From an uncultured virus (IMG/VR IMGVR_UViG_3300014208_000040) (taxonomy: Duplodnaviria; Heunggongvirae; Uroviricota; Caudoviricetes): DNA of 20,000 bases. The notes under the pieces were generated by a model. The model saw nothing but the letters and a program-made list of their open reading frames with translations. It was not told where the DNA came from and searched no databases. The stretch is taken from the IMG/VR virus record IMGVR_UViG_3300014208_000040; one strand, written 5' to 3'. Positions 1 to 6,691 of the stretch are shown piece after piece. The translations under genes were made by a program, and so were the position numbers. Each line of letters begins with the position of its first letter. The stretch's first letter is position 1.

Positions 1-388
1 TCAAAAACCGTTGACACAAAAACAAATTGGGGAAGAAATCAATTCTGGTTACTTTGAGGGGTATCCCGAAATCAATTACAGCAGCGACCGTGAGGCCGAC
101 CAAATTCGTCGTGATTACGAAAAGGCATCGGGCAAGGATGTTTACGACAAGGATGCCGACCCAGCCGTATTCAAGAAATATAACGAAGCGACCAAACAAC
201 ATTGGGCTACCGAACGGGCCAAGGTTGACGCGGCGGCCAAGGAATACTGGAAGAGAGTCAAGGCACAGTTCAAAGGGTTGAAGTGTTACCGTTTCTCGTA
301 TTCAGACAACGATGGAACGGTGTTTGCTACGTTGGAGCACGGAAATACTTTCGATTCACTTCCACATATAAAAATATCCCATCATTGA
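1..388 (+). CDS. 5'-truncated hypothetical protein, possibly a further member of the GFVSNSSS-motif family
   Basis: Frame is open from position 2 to TGA at 388, so the real start lies outside the window. C-terminus FSYSDNDG...LEHGNTFDSLPHIKISHH. Family link rests on position and recollection only. Confidence 0.75.
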   Translation, partial: QKPLTQKQIGEEINSGYFEGYPEINYSSDREADQIRRDYEKASGKDVYDKDADPAVFKKYNEATKQHWATERAKVDAAAKEYWKRVKAQFKGLKCYRFSYSDNDGTVFATLEHGNTFDSLPHIKISHH

Positions 389-392
389 TAAC

Positions 393-704
393 ATGGATTT
401 TAAGTTAGAATCTCAAATTATTGGCGTCCCTGACAAGTTGCCAACCGAACCGAAACCAGAATTCAAGTATCTGGAAGTTGAGGTAACGAGAATCGAAGGA
501 ACGACGTTGTATTTGAAAGTTCCTTACAACTTTAACCGAAAAAATTTGTCGATTAAATTGTTAGTCAACGCCTGTAAAGAAACTTGTGAGGAATACGATT
601 GGGATAATTCTGGTTGGGAACACGACGTAGAATTGCAATCAGTCAAAGAAGTTACTGAAAAAGATGCTACCGCATACAACGTTTATGAGGTAAAAACAAC
701 ATGA
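393..704 (+). CDS. hypothetical protein (103 aa)
   Basis: ATG 4 nt after the upstream stop; its stop overlaps the next ATG (ATGA). Confidence 0.75.
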   Translation: MDFKLESQIIGVPDKLPTEPKPEFKYLEVEVTRIEGTTLYLKVPYNFNRKNLSIKLLVNACKETCEEYDWDNSGWEHDVELQSVKEVTEKDATAYNVYEVKTT

Positions 705-967
705 AGATTCGCCACGGGTTTGTCAGTAATAGTAGCAGTGCTAGTTTCACTGTGAATGTGGATAAGTTATACGCTCGTGACGCCATTGTGCTCATGGATT
801 ACCCACACGTTGCGGCTCAAGAGGGTTCTCAGTGGACTGACTATTGGGATATCAACATATACACTCGTGGTCTAATCATCGGCACAACCAACATGGATAA
901 CTGTGATTTGTCTGATTATCTGAAAGCTAACAACGTGGATACCTCGGCTTTTTACTTTGGAGATTAA
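701..967 (+). CDS. GFVSNSSS-motif family protein 1 (88 aa)
   Basis: N-terminus MKIRHGFVSNSSSASF; translationally coupled to the upstream ORF. Confidence 0.9.
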   Translation: MKIRHGFVSNSSSASFTVNVDKLYARDAIVLMDYPHVAAQEGSQWTDYWDINIYTRGLIIGTTNMDNCDLSDYLKANNVDTSAFYFGD

Positions 968-970
968 CAC

Positions 971-1357
971 ATGAAAACACGACAGGGATTCGTTTCCAAT
1001 TCAAGTTCAAGCTCATTTATCGTGGGCCTCAAGGTTGACTCGACGGAGTGTCCGCACTGTCATCGTAAGGATGCCAATTTCTTTGACCGTCTTGAAGCTT
1101 TGGGCGACCGCACTTGGGATGAATCTCGGTTGCGGTATCGTGGATTACCAAAAGTCGTGGAACAATTACAGGAATATTACAGTCATCCTGACGATAAGGA
1201 AACGTATGACCGTTTGTTAGCCGAAGCACTCTCCTTGAGCCACGCCGGTTATGAACTCGGTTCGGTGGAAATTTCCTATCACGATGAAGCGTTGAACGAC
1301 GAGTTTCGTGCCCTCCGAGAAACGGGCAAGCTGGTCGTCATTTTGGATAACAACTAA
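971..1357 (+). CDS. GFVSNSSS-motif family protein 2 (128 aa), with a CPHC motif
   Basis: N-terminus MKTRQGFVSNSSSSSF. Confidence 0.9.
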   Translation: MKTRQGFVSNSSSSSFIVGLKVDSTECPHCHRKDANFFDRLEALGDRTWDESRLRYRGLPKVVEQLQEYYSHPDDKETYDRLLAEALSLSHAGYELGSVEISYHDEALNDEFRALRETGKLVVILDNN

Positions 1358-1365
1358 TAACATCT

Positions 1366-1740
1366 ATGAAAACAAGACAAGGTTTTGTATCCAACAGTAG
1401 CAGCAGTTCCTTTGTGATTCTCGTGGAAGAGTCCACGCACGAAAAGGTTATGGAAAAACTCACGGAATACCAACGAGCATGTATGGAAAAACTCGCGGGT
1501 AAACCCCAAAACATTTTCGGTCGCAATGTAATTGTGATTGGAGAAGCGACGGACATGGGCGGCAATTCAAGTTTGATTGAAGAAGGATGGCAGCCAGAGG
1601 GTTGGGAAGAGAAGATTGAAAAATTGGCGGCGACAGGTGAGGATGAAGATTACTATCCATCCGAAGCCCTTTACGCCTATACTAACGCCGTGGAAAAACA
1701 ACCGAAGTCGGCGTGGTTCAAGTGGGATGCTGACATGTGA
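1366..1740 (+). CDS. GFVSNSSS-motif family protein 3 (124 aa, acidic)
   Basis: N-terminus MKTRQGFVSNSSSSSF; body resembles 1925..2257 (LTEYQRA vs LTPYEQA, FGRNV vs FMGGKV). Confidence 0.9.
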   Translation: MKTRQGFVSNSSSSSFVILVEESTHEKVMEKLTEYQRACMEKLAGKPQNIFGRNVIVIGEATDMGGNSSLIEEGWQPEGWEEKIEKLAATGEDEDYYPSEALYAYTNAVEKQPKSAWFKWDADM

Positions 1741-1804
1741 ACGTGGTGTTTCAATGTTCCGGAGAAACGTGGTGTTTCAATGTTCCGGAGAAACGTGGTG
1801 TTTC
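1740..1804 (+). repeat. 2.5 tandem copies of a 26-bp unit AACGTGGTGTTTCAATGTTCCGGAGA
   Basis: Identical copies at 1740-1765 and 1766-1791, partial copy at 1792-1804; complementary arm GAACACACGTTT at 1817-1828. Confidence 0.95.
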
Positions 1805-1924
1805 GGAATTCCGAGGGAACACACGTTTGAAGGACTTGATGCCCTTCCATATCTTGACTTGAAATACGGTGAAAAATGACACGATTTACTATGTCATTGA
1901 ATTTTTGAAAGAAGTCAAAAAACT

Positions 1925-2257
1925 ATGAAAACAAGAAACGGATTCGTATCTAACAGCAGCAGTTCATCGTTTGTCGTTGTCATTCCGACTGACATCGCTG
2001 AAACGGTTCTTCAAACACTCACGCCTTATGAACAGGCCGTCGCTAAACACGTTCGGCTTAGTGACAAGAAGTTCATGGGCGGCAAGGTTGCCATCTTCCA
2101 AGGGTCAACCGGAAACAATGATGTTTGGGAATATGGATTTGACTTTGAGGGTGACAAGTCTGACGAAGACAACACCTATGACGCATGGCAAACCTTCTTA
2201 ACCAAGGTCAAAGAAACCGGCGAAGACCATTTTCTAATCAGTGAAACCGACAGTTAA
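1925..2257 (+). CDS. GFVSNSSS-motif family protein 4 (110 aa)
   Basis: N-terminus MKTRNGFVSNSSSSSF. Confidence 0.9.
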   Translation: MKTRNGFVSNSSSSSFVVVIPTDIAETVLQTLTPYEQAVAKHVRLSDKKFMGGKVAIFQGSTGNNDVWEYGFDFEGDKSDEDNTYDAWQTFLTKVKETGEDHFLISETDS

Positions 2258-2266
2258 ACAAAACCT

Positions 2267-2593
2267 ATGAAAATCAGAAGTGGATTCGTCTCAAACAGTT
2301 CCAGTAGTTCTTTCGTTATTCTTGGAACACGAATGAAACGAGAAGTTCTAAAGAAAAAGGGTTGGTTTCGGGATACCGACGGAAATTCGGGAAAAAACAA
2401 ACCCAAAGATATTCAGGTCTATTATGGTTCAACTGATGCTGGATACATTGTGGGGATTCCGCTCTGTGACAGTAAAGAGTGGGGATTGAACAACTCCGAA
2501 GTTACCTTTGAAAAACTTGAACAAATTCGTCAAGATTTACTCACTTTGGGATTGCCAAACGTCAGACTTTTAATGGGAACTAGGTCAACGTAA
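2267..2593 (+). CDS. GFVSNSSS-motif family protein 5 (108 aa)
   Basis: N-terminus MKIRSGFVSNSSSSSF. Confidence 0.9.
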   Translation: MKIRSGFVSNSSSSSFVILGTRMKREVLKKKGWFRDTDGNSGKNKPKDIQVYYGSTDAGYIVGIPLCDSKEWGLNNSEVTFEKLEQIRQDLLTLGLPNVRLLMGTRST

Positions 2594-2601
2594 AAAAGGT
2601 C

Positions 2602-2629
2602 TTGACTTTTTATATCGTTATGGTAAGAT
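2602..2629 (+). promoter_or_regulatory. sigma70-type promoter, class A (leaderless)
   Basis: TTGACT-16-TAAGAT with extended TGn; ATG at 2637. Confidence 0.75.
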
Positions 2630-2636
2630 GTTTGGC

Positions 2637-3050
2637 ATGAAGATTAAATTGTGTCCAAAATGTGGTTCTTCCAATCTTGGTGAAAGGTGGTCCAACGGAC
2701 GCAAACTTGTCCAATACTGCCACAGTGATGAGGATTGTTATTGGGTTGGTGAACCATACACTCCCTCGAAACGTCGCATCACCAACACCACTGACTTGAG
2801 GATTGACAACTTCTCGGGCTGGCACTACATCGTTTATGATCGTTTTGGACATATCCAAACGGATTCTGCTACCTATCACACCAAGGCAGAAGCAGTGAAA
2901 GAGATGGAAGAGGACTTGACGCCAAGGGCAGGTTACAACGACCCCGCCGCTCCTTACACTGCGGTCTTGTTCAACGTCCCCTCTCGTGTCACCATCAAGG
3001 GTAAGATGTTCAAGTTCAAGGATGGTGAGGTAGTTGTAAAAAGGGCTTGA
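2637..3050 (+). CDS. hypothetical protein with N-terminal Zn-ribbon-like motif
   Basis: CPKC...CHSDEDC; start moved to ATG 2637 because of the promoter position. Confidence 0.75.
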   Translation: MKIKLCPKCGSSNLGERWSNGRKLVQYCHSDEDCYWVGEPYTPSKRRITNTTDLRIDNFSGWHYIVYDRFGHIQTDSATYHTKAEAVKEMEEDLTPRAGYNDPAAPYTAVLFNVPSRVTIKGKMFKFKDGEVVVKRA

Positions 3051-3074
3051 CTTTTTATAGTGACGTGATAAGAT
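3047..3074 (+). promoter_or_regulatory. sigma70-type promoter for the radical SAM locus, class A
   Basis: TTGACT-16-TAAGAT with TGn; implies a start at ATG 3085 rather than 3073. Confidence 0.7.
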
Positions 3075-3579
3075 GTCTAACATAATGAATAAAGGTATTG
3101 TATCTGAATCCAAGGATGGCCGCTTCAAAATTTTTAGGAGCAAGTCATATAACTATAACTTTGACAAACATTCAGGAGAATTTGCCCGTTGGGGAGAAAC
3201 TACTGACGAAGACCCGTTATTCAGTCCATTCGGCCCCGAAATCATGGATATTGAGATTTCCGAGGGTGAATCCTGCCCGATGACGTGTGCGTTTTGTTCA
3301 CCAAAAGGAACATTGATAAACACACCTAATGGGAAAGTGGAAATTGAGAATTTGGCTGCCAAAAATTTGGTAATTGGATTCGATACCCAAAACAACACTC
3401 CCAAAATTCAAGAAATTGAAGAAATCTATTTCAAACAATATATCGGAGAATTGATTTGTATTGAACTTGATAACGGACGAATTCTTAAACTTACTCCTGA
3501 ACACGAAATTTTCACAAGAAACCGTGGCTGGATTATGTCTAAAGAATTGTTGGAAACTGATGAAATTGTTGAATTTTGA
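3073..3579 (+). CDS. radical SAM protein N-extein fused to split-intein N-fragment (IntN)
   Basis: GPEIMDIEIS...CPMTCAF supplies the first two Cys of CxxxCxxC. It is followed by intein block A CSPKGTLINTPNGKVEIENL (C1 at 3295) and block B LKLTPEHEIFT (TxxH), then a stop. Start may be 3085. Confidence 0.9.
   Translation: MSNIMNKGIVSESKDGRFKIFRSKSYNYNFDKHSGEFARWGETTDEDPLFSPFGPEIMDIEISEGESCPMTCAFCSPKGTLINTPNGKVEIENLAAKNLVIGFDTQNNTPKIQEIEEIYFKQYIGELICIELDNGRILKLTPEHEIFTRNRGWIMSKELLETDEIVEF
3295..3576 (+). mobile_element. split intein N-fragment (94 aa)
   Basis: Hint-domain blocks A and B; ends ...LLETDEIVEF at a stop codon, like known IntN fragments. Confidence 0.9.
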
Positions 3580-3595
3580 ATTTTCTAAAACCTAA

Positions 3596-3629
3596 ATATA
3601 CAGGTGATTGGACAACTATCACCTTATAT
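3596..3629 (+). promoter_or_regulatory. RNA hairpin occluding the HNH start codon
   Basis: ATATA(C)AGGTGAT-9 nt-ATCACCTTATAT; the 3' arm includes the A and T of ATG 3628. Confidence 0.5.
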
Positions 3630-4413
3630 GAAAATTGTAAAAACATTATGTCGTAGATGCGGTAATCAAACAGGAACTCTTGAAAAAGAAAATTCAAAAA
3701 AAGATTCAATAATAGATAAAAATCGGTATTGTAACGATTGTGTTGAAAAATATAGGCAACACCGAGACGACAGAATGAAAAATCATAATCCTGTTAAACA
3801 ACAATCCACTAGAGATAAAATATCCAACACACTAAAACGAAAATATAAAACCGGAGAAATATCTTCTCCTTTTTTAGACGCAATCAAACTTAAAGAAATA
3901 CATTCAAAAAGAAAAGGATTATCCAACGAAGGGTCTGCTATTATAAGCAGACGAATGAAAACAAAAAATCCAATGTTTGATGCGAAGATTCGTAAACGTG
4001 TTTCCGTCACAATTAACGAACGTATTAAAAGTGGGAAATTAGTTTACAAAAAAGGACATTTCCACCATCTTTACAAAGGAACACGAACATTTTCCAACGA
4101 TTGCCGTAAGTGGTTAAAAGTATGGATAAAGTCTATACTGAAAAGAGATAAATTTTCTTGTACGGTTTGTGGTAGAATCGGAGGATATTTACACACCCAT
4201 CATATCAGACCACTGAGAGATATTATAAAAACTGTGTTGACAATTGAAGGTGTTGTTGATATAGTAAGTGTCAAGTTGAACGATATAAGTAGATACGAAC
4301 AACTCATTCAAAAAATAGTAGATGCTCATAAAATGGAAGATGGAATTACGGTTTGTAAACAGTGTCACGCAAATATAGACGATAGATACCGAAGAATTAA
4401 AAAGACAACATGA
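3628..4413 (+). CDS. free-standing HNH (homing) endonuclease
   Basis: C-terminal RDKFSCTVCG...LHTHHI...GITVCKQCHANID (Zn-HNH pattern); NUMOD-like repeats HNPVKQQSTRDKISNTLK and KNPMFDAKIRKRVSVTI; N-terminal CxxC pairs; visibly more AT-rich than the flanks. Confidence 0.88.
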   Translation: MKIVKTLCRRCGNQTGTLEKENSKKDSIIDKNRYCNDCVEKYRQHRDDRMKNHNPVKQQSTRDKISNTLKRKYKTGEISSPFLDAIKLKEIHSKRKGLSNEGSAIISRRMKTKNPMFDAKIRKRVSVTINERIKSGKLVYKKGHFHHLYKGTRTFSNDCRKWLKVWIKSILKRDKFSCTVCGRIGGYLHTHHIRPLRDIIKTVLTIEGVVDIVSVKLNDISRYEQLIQKIVDAHKMEDGITVCKQCHANIDDRYRRIKKTT

Positions 4414-4517
4414 AAAAAATCAAAAAAATCAGTAGAGAACAGTTTAACGGAAACGTTTACAATTTTCATTGTTTGCCTAGTGAAAATTATTTTTCGGAAA
4501 ACGTTTTGGTTCATAAT
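4410..4517 (+). mobile_element. split intein C-fragment (36 aa)
   Basis: Own ATG overlapping the HNH stop, basic N-terminus, terminal His-Asn, +1 Cys. Confidence 0.9.
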
Positions 4518-5459
4518 TGTTACAAGGGCAACCGTAAAGGTGACGCTACCAAATCTCTCCACATGTCACTTGATACGTTCAGGGGATTGTTTGCCAAATT
4601 TCCAAAAACCGTTACCCAAATTGCTTTCGGTATTACATCCATTGGTGCTCACCCTGAATTGTTTGGTATTTTCCAACACTGCCGGGATAACGGCGTCATT
4701 CCAAACGTCACCATTAATGGGGCAGACAACTTGACGGATGAACAGATTCAGAAGTTGATTACTGTCTGTGGGGCCATGGCCATTTCCATCAACAAACAAA
4801 ATTTCGAGTCGGGCTTGAATCTGATTAACAAGTTGACAAGCCGTGGTGGTCAACAAATCAACATTCATTACGTCATCAGTAAACAGAGCATCACGTTCGC
4901 CTATACATTGGCCGAAGCCATCAAGAACGACTCTCGGTTAACTAAAATGAATGCCATTGTGTTCCTCGGCCTCAAACCCAAGGAACGTGGTCAAGTGTTT
5001 GATGTGTTGGAAATTGACGAATACATCAAATTGGTGAACTATTGTCTTGAAAACAACATTCGTTTCGGATTTGATTCGTGTTCTGCTCCTCGTTTTGATA
5101 AGGCAGTATCACTAACAAACATCGAAGAAGCCAAGAAACGTCTTCTCCTTCAATGTTCGGAACGTTGTGAGTCGGGATTGTTCTCCGCGTATCTTGATTG
5201 TTCTGGCAAATACTGGCATTGTTCTTTCGGTGAGAATCTTGAAGTTGCTTATGGCATTGACGTTACCAAAGTGGAAAACTTCGCCCGCGACGTGTGGTGT
5301 AGTGAACCGATGAACAAATGGCGTAAAACTTTGTTGGGCCTCAATCGTGAATGTCCATTGTATTCTAAAATTCATGTAGAACCGCGTGAACCATTTGCTC
5401 ATGAAGTCGAAAAGGAACAACGTGAATTGGCGGCTGCTAAGGAAAAACTGACCACATGA
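4410..5459 (+). CDS. split-intein C-fragment (IntC) fused to radical SAM C-extein with SPASM/twitch-like domain
   Basis: MKKIKKI...VYNFHC...NYFSENVLVHN|CYKG (blocks F and G, HN/C junction at 4517/4518); radical SAM core (QIAFG, PNVTING, AMAIS, INIHYV); CESGLFSAYLDCSGKYWHCSF...RECPLY auxiliary-cluster-like motif. Confidence 0.9.
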   Translation: MKKIKKISREQFNGNVYNFHCLPSENYFSENVLVHNCYKGNRKGDATKSLHMSLDTFRGLFAKFPKTVTQIAFGITSIGAHPELFGIFQHCRDNGVIPNVTINGADNLTDEQIQKLITVCGAMAISINKQNFESGLNLINKLTSRGGQQINIHYVISKQSITFAYTLAEAIKNDSRLTKMNAIVFLGLKPKERGQVFDVLEIDEYIKLVNYCLENNIRFGFDSCSAPRFDKAVSLTNIEEAKKRLLLQCSERCESGLFSAYLDCSGKYWHCSFGENLEVAYGIDVTKVENFARDVWCSEPMNKWRKTLLGLNRECPLYSKIHVEPREPFAHEVEKEQRELAAAKEKLTT

Positions 5460-5647
5460 AAATACATATTATGTCTGACTCAGCTTATCCTGTTTATGGA
5501 TTTTGGGAAGCGACCGAACATGACAGACATTCAGTAGAATTGACCGATGAAGACGTGATATGGTGTAAACGTGTCGAATCGGAATACAACAAAATGCAAG
5601 AATTTCTGGGGAAGAAACACGACGAACAATGGAGAAATTCAAGATGA
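5456..5647 (+). CDS. hypothetical protein, paralog A
   Basis: KIHI..AYPVYG..VELTDEDVIWC..EY..QEFL.KKHDEQW. Confidence 0.8.
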   Translation: MKIHIMSDSAYPVYGFWEATEHDRHSVELTDEDVIWCKRVESEYNKMQEFLGKKHDEQWRNSR

Positions 5648-5898
5648 ATAAATCATTTATAAAAGTCCATATTGTTAAAGGCGAATCCTATCCAACTTAT
5701 GGGGTTTCACAAGATTGTGAACATGAAAAATGGATGGTTGAATTGACCGATCAGGAAATTTCTTGGTGTCGGTATATTGAAAACGAATATCATCAACTTC
5801 AAGATTTTCTTTCAAGAAAATACGACGAACAATGGATATCCACAAATGAAAACGAACAACGTGAATTGGCGGCTGCCAAGGAGAAATTGATCGCATGA
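5644..5898 (+). CDS. hypothetical protein, paralog B
   Basis: KVHI..SYPTYG..VELTDQEISWC..EY..QDFL.RKYDEQW; ATGA overlap favours a start at 5644. Confidence 0.8.
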   Translation: MNKSFIKVHIVKGESYPTYGVSQDCEHEKWMVELTDQEISWCRYIENEYHQLQDFLSRKYDEQWISTNENEQRELAAAKEKLIA

Positions 5899-6047
5899 AC
5901 CTCGTCGCCATTGAACAAATAACAATTGACGAACAGGAAGAATTGAATAGGTTAAACAAGCTCGAAGAAGAACGAGTATTGACCGATGTTGAAGCCTATC
6001 GTCAACTCTTTCTATCCATGAAACAGTTCTGGAACTGTGAGTGTTAA
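5895..6047 (+). CDS. small acidic hypothetical protein (50 aa, not in ORF track)
   Basis: ATGA-coupled; MNLVAIEQITIDEQEELNRL...WNCEC. Confidence 0.6.
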   Translation: MNLVAIEQITIDEQEELNRLNKLEEERVLTDVEAYRQLFLSMKQFWNCEC

Positions 6048-6075
6048 ATTTATGAAAAAGAAGTGAGGTTGTAAA

Positions 6076-6222
6076 TCAGTATTCGGAAGAATCCCAAATG
6101 CTGTTATCCTCATGTGAACACCACAAGAGAACACAGAATATGGAAATAATGACCAAGACGATGAAGATAATGTCGGCAACGTTATTAACTTTCCGCCCCA
6201 CATTTTGAAATAGGTTTTTCAT
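6076..6222 (-). CDS. small single-pass membrane protein (48 aa, not in ORF track)
   Basis: MKNLFQNVGRKVNNVADIIFIVLVIISIFCVLLWCSHEDNSIWDSSEY; one strong hydrophobic segment; last gene of the minus-strand operon. Confidence 0.5.
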   Translation of the reverse strand: MKNLFQNVGRKVNNVADIIFIVLVIISIFCVLLWCSHEDNSIWDSSEY

Positions 6223-6466
6223 TTACGACAACTTCCTCAACCAGCACCGGCTTCTGAATCGGCCTTGGAAGATTCATCCAAGCAATGACCTGAAATGTAG
6301 TTCCTCCATCAGTCAACCCCTGAAATATCCAAGCCGAGTTTTTTTCACAGTCATTGATATAGGTAGCAATAACTACCAACTCTCCATCCGTAACCAAACA
6401 ACGGGTAGCGTTACCGGGTGGTGTTTCCATGCTCGACCAATAACTTTTGAATTCGTATTCTTCCAT
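6185..6466 (-). CDS. DUF551-like phage protein
   Basis: WSSMETPP...CLVTDG...VIAWMNLPRP pattern. Confidence 0.6.
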   Translation of the reverse strand: MEEYEFKSYWSSMETPPGNATRCLVTDGELVVIATYINDCEKNSAWIFQGLTDGGTTFQVIAWMNLPRPIQKPVLVEEVVVNEKPISKCGAES

Positions 6467-6475
6467 AATTCTTAT

Positions 6476-6691
6476 CTAATTCTCTCGTATATTTATATCC
6501 GAAACAATGTAACCTTCTTTTACAAACATTTCCGCTTCCAAATAATCCACAATGTCTTGCGTCCATATACACGGGTTTTTACAAGCACGAACATGATTAA
6601 TATGTACTATTGTTTCATCAATAACCACAACATTATGTTTCTTGATATTTATAGAAATCGAGTTATTAGGTAGTAGATTTTCTTTGGTCAT
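6476..6691 (-). CDS. hypothetical protein (71 aa)
   Basis: ATGA-coupled to the phosphatase gene. Confidence 0.65.
   Translation of the reverse strand: MTKENLLPNNSISINIKKHNVVVIDETIVHINHVRACKNPCIWTQDIVDYLEAEMFVKEGYIVSDINIREN

Larger units (their letters stand above)
5415..5898 (+). repeat. 45-bp imperfect direct repeat (5415-5459 and 5854-5898) encoding EQRELAAAKEKL plus ATGA
   Basis: 40/45 identical; flanks two paralogous ORFs. Confidence 0.9.

Noticed and set aside
1740..1804. CRISPR array
   Set aside because: Units are contiguous and identical with no unique spacers; no cas genes in the window.
1577..1879. 100-aa alternative-frame ORF
   Set aside because: TTG start, overlaps gene 1366-1740, and runs through the tandem repeat.
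701..2593. Type IV prepilin (class III) signal peptides suggested by basic-G|F N-termini
   Set aside because: No Glu at +5 and no long hydrophobic helix after GF; the segment is polar poly-Ser.
3073..5459. Single cis-intein with internal endonuclease broken by sequencing errors, or a group I intron
   Set aside because: IntN has a clean stop followed by a short intergenic spacer, IntC has its own coupled ATG and the typical basic split-intein start, and no group I core structure was recognisable. Reads would settle it.
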